A stretch of DNA of 64,000 nt, taken from the IMG/VR virus record IMGVR_UViG_3300017917_002108, positions 82,605 through 146,604 of that record; one strand, given 5' to 3'. Both the position numbers and the translations under genes were made by a program. Source of the DNA: a virus. The notes beneath the pieces are model-generated. The model did no database searches. It was not told the DNA's origin and was given only the letters and a program-made list of their open reading frames with translations. Shown one piece after another: positions 48,801 through 55,977 of the stretch (the stretch's first letter is position 1; the number at the start of each line of letters is the position of its first letter).

Positions 48801-50641
48801 GAAAAAGAAACACCATTGGCATCAAATAAATCGAATAGAGGTTCTTGATTGGCTGATGTTTTTTCTTGACTCTTGACCCAATTTGTGCCGTTGTAGTGAT
48901 ACATAAGGCCTGAGTTGTTTGTTCCCCTTCTAATCAATACACATTCATTAATCAACGACTCGCTGTCCGCGGTCTTTCTAAGATTAATCTGTTTATTTCC
49001 GTTATGAGTGATAAAATGAACTTCATAAATTCTATTGTTAGCAAGACTGTCTGTATCAGCGATCACTAGAATTCTGGCGCCTTCAAAAATTGGTTCGCCG
49101 TCAATTAGATAACCGCTACTGCCTTCTATGACAGAAAATACATCTTTAGTAAAATCATCAACATAATCTACAGTTTGCTTGGCTACACTGCCATGATTAT
49201 AAAGTTGTAGATTAGCCTGAAATTCTATAATAGGTCTTTTGGCTCTAGAAATTTCAGCCGCTTCAAAACTAGTTCCGTTAAATTGATGAGCATAATCTAA
49301 CACATTTCTATGAAACCATCGATTATATCTACTCCAAGGATTCGAATCTATACTAGACTTATTGATAGTGACATAGTCCTTGACCGACGGATATGCTGTA
49401 GCATCATCAAACGGTTGCGTGTCAAATCCACCATTATCAAATAAGATTTCTTCTGAACTATTACCGGTTAAATTTGCAGATACGATTAGATCAGAAAATT
49501 TAGTCAGCGTGATTTTTTTTCCTACACCTTCTACTATCCACTTATCGTCTAAGTTCGCATATTTTTCAGGAGAAATCTGTCCTGAAAAATAAATTACCAT
49601 GCCATTAGATAATTCTATATTATTACTGCCCAGATAAGAAGACTTGCCTATGATTTCTTTTTCTACATCAATTTTTGTGTTAGTATCAACATTAGAAATA
49701 ATAAATCTACCCACTCGATTTATATCTGTGGTACTCTGATAAAATAAAATATCTGGTGCATTCATTGGTACTGAAAATATCACTGTACCTCTTTCTGCAC
49801 CGTTGTTGGTTACCCCTGTATTATAATCAAATTGGCTAGCGATGCCGACGTCTTCAATATACTCCCAGTCTTGACTATTTTCGTCGATGGTGCTGCCGTC
49901 TACAGCAAAAATTGTGGTTTTAGATTTCCATAATTTTTCATTGAAGACTACCAGCTCCCCCGGAGCATAATCTCTATTAGGATTGTATAACAGTCGACCA
50001 ATATCTACATTGGTTTTAATCGTAAAACCGTTGCCCGGAGCACTGACTTGAAATTTGTATGTTTGTCCTCGATACAGTGTTATAGTCGGATTATTAGTCA
50101 TGCCGTCGGGAGTAAAGACAAAAACACTGCCTTTACCTAGAGCGACCCGATAGGTGCTGGTTATTCTTTGTGCTTGTCCAGTAATCTTAACCGGCGGCGG
50201 ACCAGCCGGAACCCAGTAGTACTCTCTATAATTTACAAACTTGTCCCAATCAATCGGAGGATTCCATGTGTAATGATCTTGACTAGTGACGACTGCATCT
50301 AACTCTTCGGTATTGCCAAAGAATTTAATTTGATTTTTAAAATCAAGATAGTCATAGAACGAGGTCACTATCTCATTCTGCTTGACCGTAACGCCTGGCT
50401 CTAATTGATACCTACTACGTAATGTCTGGTCAGTATCAAGATAAACATCGGTAGGTACAAAAGTTTTACCGTATCGTCTGCCGATATAGCCTACTGTCTT
50501 TTGTAGTGTTCCTGGCTGAGTAAGAGGGTCTAAAACCGCTGATAAAAATTTACTGTTGCTTTCCGTTTGAAAAACGTTAGGTAAGAGATCTACCGTTCTT
50601 CTAATAGGTAATCCGCTGTCTGGAAAATATTCTTGTGCCAT
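36884..50641 (-). CDS. giant (4585 aa) baseplate wedge/virion structural protein, gp7-like by synteny
   Basis: Uninterrupted ORF directly after gp6-like gene; contains beta-propeller-like, CBM-like and GSGY repeats. Confidence 0.7.
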   Translation of the reverse strand: MAQEYFPDSGLPIRRTVDLLPNVFQTESNSKFLSAVLDPLTQPGTLQKTVGYIGRRYGKTFVPTDVYLDTDQTLRSRYQLEPGVTVKQNEIVTSFYDYLDFKNQIKFFGNTEELDAVVTSQDHYTWNPPIDWDKFVNYREYYWVPAGPPPVKITGQAQRITSTYRVALGKGSVFVFTPDGMTNNPTITLYRGQTYKFQVSAPGNGFTIKTNVDIGRLLYNPNRDYAPGELVVFNEKLWKSKTTIFAVDGSTIDENSQDWEYIEDVGIASQFDYNTGVTNNGAERGTVIFSVPMNAPDILFYQSTTDINRVGRFIISNVDTNTKIDVEKEIIGKSSYLGSNNIELSNGMVIYFSGQISPEKYANLDDKWIVEGVGKKITLTKFSDLIVSANLTGNSSEEILFDNGGFDTQPFDDATAYPSVKDYVTINKSSIDSNPWSRYNRWFHRNVLDYAHQFNGTSFEAAEISRAKRPIIEFQANLQLYNHGSVAKQTVDYVDDFTKDVFSVIEGSSGYLIDGEPIFEGARILVIADTDSLANNRIYEVHFITHNGNKQINLRKTADSESLINECVLIRRGTNNSGLMYHYNGTNWVKSQEKTSANQEPLFDLFDANGVSFSDSQTYPVTSFGGTRILGYQKGSGVSDTELGFALSYLNIENVGDIKFSFDLDYLEFDYKISDAIYTKKFKTGFYKFNPNSEYANSWILLDNDYSQPIIDTIVITEITDTIKSAAVDWDSVQDSQIRKIIFYKNGIRYRTNYQRNRDKFIFQQMFSVNDTVTIKIFADLDPVAGYYELPLGLEKNPLNSEIQSFTLGQASDHVLTGLDLVDDFSGVFPGANNLRDLNTFENRCHRFLKHSNVAPLSILSLCDKEVNIIKSIQYAKKSYTDFKNTFIDLAYNLYFDQEPKDFVDQILEEISKTQNSSRPFSESDMVGSGAFTSIDYVVEDTGIKTFALSEKFDLETLSSRSVYVYHNGEQLLHGEQYEFNSIFGFINLKIDLSEGDQIQIREYVSSYSNYIPPTPTKLGLYKKYKPMKYMDDTFIEPREVIQGHDGSITASYGDFRDDLLLELEYRIYNNIKQKYDESIFDNDKILGGYYGNSLYDKPSVDNIVSIEFLKWIADTNIDYINNVYFDSENPFTYTYSNMADPTGTKNLPGYWRGIYKWFYDTDRPHLCPWEMLGFSEKPNWWENLYGPAPYTRNNLILWEDLTNGIIRQGSRAGTYKRYQRPSLINHIPVDGDGKLLSPLNSGLATNFTLFNNQGSFDIGSVAPVEAAWRSSSEWPFAYIIALCLLKPFEYITDNFNKSEITINILGQTVNRNTETFSTIADVIYENSSTKIVSGLVNYVSNYLKSKTTPISVLSEKISNIDVNLSTRLSGFVDQPQQKYLLDSKNPNSSTSNVFIPPENYDIIFNVSSPIFSLVYSGVILEKTIQGWKIQGYDNKNPFFYYYESLTSQSDPIISVGGVSESFLNWTEEKFYGNGVVVKYNNNYYRSLSSHTSTNVFDKTLWKQLPDLPLKNAVQAFRRNKFNKLALKKMPYGRLMTKIQEVVDFLLGYQEYLISIGFVFDGYDPATQSTVDWFTSVKEFMFWTKHNWSIGSLLTLSPSAAKITAKVSIGVADNFLDSFYDYQILKEDGTPLSPNFINVSRDYKTLVLSTVDSNTGIYFMRANFVLKEHVTIFDDRTVFNDVIYDKPTGYRQMRIKSRGFRTVDWDGDYTSPGFLFDNVKIETWRPFTDYRLGDIVAYRSYYWVSKQNQLGVENIDETKWSKLDSVPTKGLVANFDYRINQFNDYYEVEADGVGSSQRDLARHAIGYQPREYLQALAEDDVSQFRLYQGFIREKGTANSIVKVFDKLSRSTDDSVVLNEEWAFKIGEFGGTEQIKEIEFSITKDSLVINPQPVIITSSKSNVIVDQNLRIDSSMFTIRPRTFTTDINPISFYTGNSRSAGFVHTSDVDFIVYNKDGILDIDISQVDDNSHIWITFNNYSWTVLRYNEELSLRIVAVEKVDSVVVVTTNRSHGLAVDDIIGITKVLNLTGFFKISAVTLTTFTVTPTSSDDPVIEDSTHAIIGLFTEAKFDDYSSVDPQTLAMLQQGARLWINNNGSEQWEVIEKTKQYKSHELKDYGITAPINLGSTVIYVEQRKHVITSIPASEFVMVYSDRSSINGSLLLTQIIPPADGFETAVNGVFGETLAVSPDGIWLAIGTPMASAVPSKFRGELSTSSYLAGDIVLHKGKLWEAVNNVSAGDGSTINFTTEDWQPATLVEASAVGLGTGYVNQGMISLYKFVNGQWENQTNIVSPRPRTYELFGSSITISISESGYVMAVAAKGSLCDVQIGSSTGKGRVYLYEFDGTKWKHYESTKYLGIYGPYDPILSPYTEYPEGSIVWSDGSLWKALSDNVYDGSSLTLSTVDWIKLDPIATNNSLPSSVALDDDGSTLALGLLDQSQLAELIKDGDQFGHSLAMSRDSSILVVGIPNGDAQYFANYKGIWSPYQEYLAGDVVKYQSGYHILLDLNLNDGSTSTSLNEKPDDGEPWSNIGDSSVTNTGKVFIYQKNIYGVYELTQTIAASNLDEINDSTVTSAEISSGDQFGYSVDIDASGTTIIVSSPLADIIKQNQGAVYIFRKNSSTESQFRLVQKLESFENYTNEYFGSSVSISAATERIVVGAKNSGYDLLTTFDSGTSTFDSRRTTYSTKLGYPGQVYVFERKDQGYLLAEKLEADFVSFESFGNSVDCTSSTIVVGSPTYKVNNIEVGMVRLFKKDSAVNSLAVIRQQAQQVDIDSIKNIEIYDDKKNIKLADLDIVDHYKLKTLSIADQDIKYKTIYDPAIYMLGDDTVTVDESQAWFEDQVGEVWWNLSTVKFINYEQDDLSYRIGNWNNQATGSSIDVYEWVETPLLPSEWSILADTVEGLAEGISGQPKNADDTVYNTKVLVNPSTGNPTGTLYYYWVKNKTTLPDAANRRLSTASINSYINNPIGTGIPFVAILDSDKFAFYNFKTILNSDTARINIEYNLAKLNLNPVHREYQLLTEGVADSLPADTLERKWLDSLVGFDQAGNTVPDFSLSSNQRYGLGFRPRQTMFVNRNKALKIVIDNINSILKTRPFTDLINFENLNSVDPLPSEELNEYDIAVDEYIDLEQVGTAKIRKAEFRANIINGQIDTIDIIDSGFGYRTVPFIEIEGTGTGAKAAVTLDTQGRVATCTVLTKGRKYTTAIVKIRPFSVLVRTDSTDKNFWSLYGWDQLRKIFYRRKSQGYNTSLYWEYTDWWATGFDEKSKIFKEINYLYQEPSITITQGSLLRIKEFGSGGWAVLERTETGMGSILNNYNLIGRQNGTISIKESLYNAVTASLGYDNIGSYDSVLYDLQPIKELRMILKAAKEDIFVDDLSVEWNKLFFSSIKYAYSEQQYIDWAFKTSFLNAIHNVGDLDQRPNYKNDNLDQFRNYIDEVKPYRTTVREYTSRYTDKNNYGSALTDFDLPAAWSVRDGKILPVGSTYNRFDEYPWKSWAENNGFSIVDIQINNPGSGYKTPPIVLIEGNGIGASATAFISSGRVSGIRVDNQGYGYTKTPSISLVGGNGTNTDIANAVAILGNTKIRSFDLGIKFDRIAKQGLYNSFTNTQTFTATGYSAMFNLNYPPSTDKTKIHIVKNNQLVLPNEYEINLYTVKESGYTVLKGKVRFFVAPIAGDIIVIEYDKNDQLLDSVNRIEKYYQPTAGMLGKEINQLMTGIDYGGVQVQGTTFDVTGGWDALPWFTDNWDSVESNSDFYYVADGSTTFVVLPYVPENNQPISIYLRRVNENRPIRVDDPYFLAYDGSTPQPNGRTLAPNNALLPTFVGDGSTNIVEIHDYISTNPGDTLIFRKLDSDGSVTITDVNLLDTRISGGSLAAIGGAYVTAAGLTPEEIVIDGDKFITPDNVPAPEENLPGQVLDSLSFKVFTLTSPGASAIQNKVVIGDGHTLTYDIGLTIFEASSVMVYIDKIKQEYTGDSSINYSINFITNTVEFNVAPALGSIVEIISIGIGGIQLLDYQEFVADGTTNLFLTKALYNQTSSVLVTVDGEIINVGFADSTDFIETKDKTIVQFGTAPEFRKVVKIICFGASEETDSTNVPFTRINKQVIVYDGSSRSYDLDRFVVLSKASAVSNIIVEINGRVLVGVDTTYVVYDGTNNNIEVGVDPNEAIGTIVSGSIKVYINNVLQRFVIDYTYNGNLNLINVPQSNLEIGDIIRITTDTRAEYFVDNYNLLFSPSLVLNQTDEIIVTWFSEYPTMNLISDEFAGGQINYKLARTPVDVNYLWVYKNGYRLTRDRDYYLDPARSIVYLNDETSVNDKIKIIEFGNIVYESPRAFEIHKDMLNNYHYKRYSKSNQILLAKELKYYDTSMELTDTSTLSIPDQLRNIPGVVIINNERIEYFVIQGNIVSQLRRGCLGTSIKESHAKDSYVVSVGADETLPYLESQEKTDFVSDGSSLIIGPLDYTPKNSNRSGWIRNSIPNNYYCCDEIEVFVGGRRLRKNSVSLYDQTLGATSPTSDTIEEAEFSVDGLTPYIRLTEKVAAGTRITIVRKVGRIWYERGQVTASKGISLLSNDTPIARFIAAKTTELPE

Positions 50642-50642
50642 A

Positions 50643-53600
50643 TTATGTATTTGATACTATCGAATCTGACTGTGCTCTAATCTCTGATGCTGAAATAGAT
50701 GTTACTATTTCTATATCATCAACTGTTGCTCCGCTGACAAAAATTTCATCTACTCTGCTTTGTATTTCAAATAAACTACCAAAGCTCTGTGTAGGTTGTC
50801 TAGGTACAATGATCATGTTAGATATATCAGGACTAACTGTATTGATCACATAGGTGATAAGTTCGCTGATGTAAAATCTGTCGCCGAAGTCCCAATTATT
50901 GATGTCAAAAAATTCATTTATCGAGGATATTATTCTTACTTTAAGGTCATTATCATTAATAAGTTTATTGGTATTCTTTACTACCTTGAACTTGGCCTGT
51001 AACTTAACATCTGCTGTTGCACCGAACAGTACCTTATATTCTACTGGGTGATAAATGATTTCGTCGCTGACTGTCTTTATTAGATTTAAATTCGATCCAA
51101 AACTGATACGGAGACTATCGCTATTAGGAGCTTCTGGCTTAGTAGATACGCCGGCCAAATAATTTCTAAACTGTGTATCATAATTTCTTGTTAAGATATA
51201 AACATCAATAATATTGCTAGAGCTAGGGTCTATTCTTCTATCGACCATTGCATTGTGAATATATTGAAACTTTAAGTTTGGCCTTCCGATGGCTGCAGAA
51301 TATGTCGGTTCTAAAATCAAAGTGTTGGTAGTCCTATCAACCCTTTTGATTTGATTTTCGGTAGTATCATAAAAATAGATAAGTCTTCCGTCATAGTAGG
51401 TAGTGCTGTCTGCAAGATTGACTAAACTTTCCTTTTGTAGGATTAATATATCACCGTTAGTGTTGTCTATATATTGTTTTATCTTATTACCCAAATCATC
51501 ATTGATTTCACGGAAGAATAGATATTTCAACATGAGATCAGGTCCAACTATGCGTTCAAAAGAATCAGGATTATCTATGACACCGTCATCGTCTGAATCA
51601 AAAAATGTTATTTTAATAGAATCTGAACTTTGGTAACCGTCATCAAATCTTATAGAATCTGCTATCTTAAATGTGATATCAGATTTCAGAGGCAGCAAAA
51701 GATCGCTATCAGGATTGATACCTAAAACTTTAATTTGATCGTAGACGATTTTACCTGTTTTGCTGTCATAGGTCTTGGCCTTGGCATCAAAATAAAATCT
51801 ATTTTGAAACAGGCTAGAGAAAATATAATCTAATCCTCTTATTCTAATTACGTATTCATCAGCTTCTTTAATAAAAGCCAACAGCCAAGAAGAATCTAAA
51901 TTATTATTTGTAGAATCTCCTGCTTTACCTAGATTAAAATTGCTTAACAGATTAAGATTAGAAGCGGTGATCAATTTCCATTCTCCGTCTGCGGCGCTAT
52001 ATCTAATTCCAAAATTTAAATTACTAAACATTTGATTTGCCATTTCGTTTTCTAATGCTGTTGACAAATTAGTTGTAAATTTTGGAACTATTCTAGTAGC
52101 AATGCTGCCTGTAGGAATTATATCGCTAAATTGAATGGCTCCTAATCCGGACTTGAGAATACCTAAATTTCCATTGGTACCATCCCCTGTGATCTTAATT
52201 ACTTTGGTCCACAGGCTGTCTGTCTGTAAGACGTCAGTGTTATCAATGGGTACGATTTTTCCTTTCTTAAAAGCAAATCCTGTAGGTGGTACAAATTTTA
52301 TCAAAGCTCCAGGAATAAGATATTTCAGGGTACTGGTTGTATATGTTCCTACCTTTAAGAGTAGATTTATATCAGACGTATTATAAAAATATCCTGTCGA
52401 TAAATTAACATCAGACGTTACCATTTTCCAAATAGTATTCTGGTCGGTAAATAGAATCTTGTCAAATTTTGTTAGATAAAAATTATATACATCTACTTCA
52501 TTCACTGTCTCTTCGATAGTGTTTCTTATGAAATTTAGAATTTCAATTCTATTAGTAAACTTAAAAGAAAGAGATCTTTCTATTTCTTCTTTGAAAATCA
52601 ATCCATCATCTGCAAAAACATTTACAGAAGAATATTTTCCGCTGGCATCTATAATTTCATAATTTCTAGAAATTCCGCTGCTGGTTCTATTAATTGATTT
52701 AATTTTTAAAATGTTTTGTGATGCAGCCAACGGGGCAAGATTATAATCTTCCCCTGTTACCATACGATTCTGAGTATAATATTGGGCAGGTGCATTAATT
52801 CTAATTGTATCGATAGATTCGCTAGGGGAAGAAGAACTAATGGTATATTTTAAACCCAAGGTTATAGTTAGAGTATGACTTATACCTTGTTTGTTTGCAT
52901 AAGGAATAGCTATTGTAATTCCTCTGAGTTCAGCCGGAGCTATCTGATAAGATAAGCCATTGCTAGTTCTATAATAAACTCTAAATTTTCCTTGCGGTAA
53001 ATTGCCGTATACTCCATCAGCAAAAGCTAGATCAACCCTATCGTTCTCTTTGGTGATCACAGTGTAGATATCTCTAATATTCGATGTCACACTATTGTAG
53101 GCAATATTGTTTCCTGCCAATGCAGAAACTTTAGTCCATTCATTTAATTGTACGCCAGCAGAACTTAAAGCAAATAGCCATACATCGTTGTTATTGATGT
53201 TGTTCGCATCAACTGCTACTATTTCATTGGTAGTGGGTATGTCTATAGAAAAATCTGCTAGTTCCAAAGAACCTTGTTTAAACATCAGATAAAATCCGGT
53301 ATTGGCACTGGTGCCGCCACGACCGTCATTTCTATAGACGAATCCTAATTGATTGCCTGGCGTGGGCGATTCTTCATATATTTCTTCTTTGCCCTTGAAG
53401 CTGGTACTGACCAGTTCAAAGGTCATGTTGCGACCTGCCACAACTTTGCTAAACGTAAAAATTGGCACGTCTGTAGATATAGTTCTAAATCTATATTGTT
53501 CGGTCTGTATGCCTTCGATGACATCTGATCCCTGACTTCTACCAAATTCTGTGTTGTCTGCCATAGCGGCATTTAGTACCGCAACAAATTGTTCTGCCCA

Positions 53601-54053
53601 ATTTTGGTTGGTAGGATCGTTCCAAATAATAGTCTGTTGAGATAGATTTTTTCCGTTGCTGTCTAGAATATTCTCGGTGGTACTTACTGTATCAAATTTC
53701 AATAAACCTTTGGCGTTGATATTACGTTTAGCATTGTAGCTCAACATCTTAGCTAATCTTAATACAGATTCTTTACGTTCTGCTAATTCAATAAAGTTTT
53801 CTCTTGAAGCAAGATCAATACGAAACGCTAGACTTTGTCCTAGAAAAGCAATAGCGTCTATCAGGGCTAGGTATTCCGAGCTTTCGATATAATCATTGAA
53901 ATCTTCAGGATAATTTTCCCTAAAATAAGAAATAATAACCCTACGAAGATTTTCAAAGTCGTAAGATTTGAAATCAGCATTTTTAAATGTCTGATAAATC
54001 CTAGTCCAGTCTTCGTTTAGAATTAAATTGTTTTGTCTAGAAGTTGTGGTCAT
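50643..54053 (-). CDS. baseplate wedge subunit (T4 gp6-like)
   Basis: DFENLR..I...FNDY.ESS..ALID..A, LAKMLSY, FADGVYG..P, ESI..IR.NAP..Y..QNRMVT..DY. Confidence 0.85.
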   Translation of the reverse strand: MTTTSRQNNLILNEDWTRIYQTFKNADFKSYDFENLRRVIISYFRENYPEDFNDYIESSEYLALIDAIAFLGQSLAFRIDLASRENFIELAERKESVLRLAKMLSYNAKRNINAKGLLKFDTVSTTENILDSNGKNLSQQTIIWNDPTNQNWAEQFVAVLNAAMADNTEFGRSQGSDVIEGIQTEQYRFRTISTDVPIFTFSKVVAGRNMTFELVSTSFKGKEEIYEESPTPGNQLGFVYRNDGRGGTSANTGFYLMFKQGSLELADFSIDIPTTNEIVAVDANNINNNDVWLFALSSAGVQLNEWTKVSALAGNNIAYNSVTSNIRDIYTVITKENDRVDLAFADGVYGNLPQGKFRVYYRTSNGLSYQIAPAELRGITIAIPYANKQGISHTLTITLGLKYTISSSSPSESIDTIRINAPAQYYTQNRMVTGEDYNLAPLAASQNILKIKSINRTSSGISRNYEIIDASGKYSSVNVFADDGLIFKEEIERSLSFKFTNRIEILNFIRNTIEETVNEVDVYNFYLTKFDKILFTDQNTIWKMVTSDVNLSTGYFYNTSDINLLLKVGTYTTSTLKYLIPGALIKFVPPTGFAFKKGKIVPIDNTDVLQTDSLWTKVIKITGDGTNGNLGILKSGLGAIQFSDIIPTGSIATRIVPKFTTNLSTALENEMANQMFSNLNFGIRYSAADGEWKLITASNLNLLSNFNLGKAGDSTNNNLDSSWLLAFIKEADEYVIRIRGLDYIFSSLFQNRFYFDAKAKTYDSKTGKIVYDQIKVLGINPDSDLLLPLKSDITFKIADSIRFDDGYQSSDSIKITFFDSDDDGVIDNPDSFERIVGPDLMLKYLFFREINDDLGNKIKQYIDNTNGDILILQKESLVNLADSTTYYDGRLIYFYDTTENQIKRVDRTTNTLILEPTYSAAIGRPNLKFQYIHNAMVDRRIDPSSSNIIDVYILTRNYDTQFRNYLAGVSTKPEAPNSDSLRISFGSNLNLIKTVSDEIIYHPVEYKVLFGATADVKLQAKFKVVKNTNKLINDNDLKVRIISSINEFFDINNWDFGDRFYISELITYVINTVSPDISNMIIVPRQPTQSFGSLFEIQSRVDEIFVSGATVDDIEIVTSISASEIRAQSDSIVSNT

Positions 54054-54070
54054 AACCTATTCCTATCACG

Positions 54071-54077
54071 TATTTAC
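54071..54077 (-). promoter_or_regulatory. T4-like late promoter (GTAAATA)
   Basis: Intergenic TAAATA upstream of gp6-like ATG. Confidence 0.55.
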
Positions 54078-54094
54078 CTTAAAAAATTAACTGC

Positions 54095-54529
54095 TCAGTT
54101 AATGATGTTGTTCTCTTTATCAAAATTAAAAATCATATTTTCGTTGATATTAAAAGGCAAATAAGTAACATCGGCCTGTATTCTAATGCCCATATCTGTG
54201 CTGTCTATCAGCACAGAATTTATAGAAACTCTTGGATCGTAATTTATAATTTCTTCTACATTATCGGAAATTAACTTTTTAACTTCCTCAGTGAAAGGTT
54301 CAAATAGCAAGTCCCATATTATGGTTCCAAAATCTGGATTCATTAATTTTTCGCCTTTACGAATGTAGAAATGATTAATGATATCTTGCTTGACCAAATC
54401 TATGTCATAGCTCTTATAGCCTTTTTTCATTTCATTAGAGTTAAAACCCTTGTATGTAAAAGCGGCTAAACTATCGCTTACTGATGCGTTTACTGACGCC
54501 ACTGATTTTTTATTGTATAATTTTGCCAT
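54095..54529 (-). CDS. baseplate wedge subunit gp25 (GPW/gp25 family)
   Basis: D..LVKQDI.N...RKGEK.MNPDFG....LLFEP...YDPRV. Confidence 0.88.
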   Translation of the reverse strand: MAKLYNKKSVASVNASVSDSLAAFTYKGFNSNEMKKGYKSYDIDLVKQDIINHFYIRKGEKLMNPDFGTIIWDLLFEPFTEEVKKLISDNVEEIINYDPRVSINSVLIDSTDMGIRIQADVTYLPFNINENMIFNFDKENNIIN

Positions 54530-55977
54530 TATGTTTCCCTATCTGTGTTATCCGGTGTTAGAATATCCGGCGCTTGATTTTCATGAAGTGCCCATGGTTC
54601 GTGCATAGGAACACGCTTCATAATACTCTTCAGTGGCGTTTTTACTGCATATCGATTTTTTCCGTCCCATTTTTCCTTAGAACTAGTTTTGATATTATCG
54701 TGTGTAGATAAAGGTACTACAGGAATAGCCGTGGGCCCGTTTAAATGAATCTGTGAGGCTGTTTGCAGAATGGTGCCGCCGCTGGATATGCTTGTAACCA
54801 AGCCTGCTGTTAGTTTGCCGTCTGCTGCGGCAAATATCCTATACTCTTTTCCGGCCTCTGCATGGAAGCTACCAGAAACTGCTTTGATATTAACATTTCT
54901 TCCTGCTTCTAAATTGATATCTCTATCTGCTCTAATGTTTAGGTCGGTTTCGGTATGAATACTAATACTGTCTTCAGAAAAAATATCTATCTTGCCATTA
55001 CTGGTAAGTTCTACCCAAGCGGTTCCTCGAGCATTACCAATATAGATCAAGTCTTCTGAATTATGAAATAAAATTTGATGCCCTGTTCTAGTTCTGATTC
55101 TAAAATACTCATTGTAGGGGATATCAGGATCTCCCTTTTCTTTGTTTTCAGTATCTGCATATTCAACGCCGCCTTCCCAGGGTTTTTTCTTGCGTTGATA
55201 TCTATCATCCCCGTCATCCATGACTATGGAAGTTCCGCCTAGTCTACCAACTGGAACCGGAACTGGACTTTTGCTCTGCTGTTTACCTATAAACTGTTTT
55301 TTAGCTCCGTCACTTCTATCAAAAGGTCCAGGAGTTGATATGCCAAATACCGCATTAGGCACATTGCGTCTGCTAGACGATGTTGTGGTTCCTCGCACAT
55401 CATCTTCTAAAAGACCTTGTTCTAAAAACCTGTCTGCGATAGGGTGTACAGGTTTTTTAATTTTATCAACAGCAAGACTTTTTTCTTGTTCGTTTGCCTT
55501 ACGATTATATTCTCCGACCGGTAAAGGTTGGGTTGTGTCATATAATTTTTTTTGGTCGGCTGTGAGTTCAACATCCGTAGTTCCGCCGATGGCAGGAATC
55601 ATTTGATTCATAAACCTACCAGGAACACAGGCTATAAAGTATCCCGAATCAGAGCTGCCGTTGACAAATACTACCAATACTGTTGTACCAATTTCCACTG
55701 TTGGAAACCACATACCATAACTTTTCTGCGTGTCTTGAAAATCTGATTTATTAAGACCAAGATATTCGTATGCGGTTACGCCGTAGAACGGTGATGCATA
55801 TTTTACAGAATAGGTTTGATTCAAGTCTCCGATAGAATTTCCGTTCTCTCGTAGAAGGGTAACTTCTAGACCTGCCATGAATGCAGGATCGAGATAACCA
55901 ACGACCTTGGCCAGTAGTATACCGGAAGGTAGTTTTCCTTCGTTCTCAGTTACCGGGCTGCGTTTTTCTTGTGCCAT
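54529..55977 (-). CDS. baseplate hub / central spike protein (gp5/VgrG-like, no lysozyme domain)
   Basis: N-terminal OB-like GT.VLVVF.NG; RTRTGHQI; beta-helix repeats near C-terminus; IHLNGP. Confidence 0.75.
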   Translation of the reverse strand: MAQEKRSPVTENEGKLPSGILLAKVVGYLDPAFMAGLEVTLLRENGNSIGDLNQTYSVKYASPFYGVTAYEYLGLNKSDFQDTQKSYGMWFPTVEIGTTVLVVFVNGSSDSGYFIACVPGRFMNQMIPAIGGTTDVELTADQKKLYDTTQPLPVGEYNRKANEQEKSLAVDKIKKPVHPIADRFLEQGLLEDDVRGTTTSSSRRNVPNAVFGISTPGPFDRSDGAKKQFIGKQQSKSPVPVPVGRLGGTSIVMDDGDDRYQRKKKPWEGGVEYADTENKEKGDPDIPYNEYFRIRTRTGHQILFHNSEDLIYIGNARGTAWVELTSNGKIDIFSEDSISIHTETDLNIRADRDINLEAGRNVNIKAVSGSFHAEAGKEYRIFAAADGKLTAGLVTSISSGGTILQTASQIHLNGPTAIPVVPLSTHDNIKTSSKEKWDGKNRYAVKTPLKSIMKRVPMHEPWALHENQAPDILTPDNTDRET

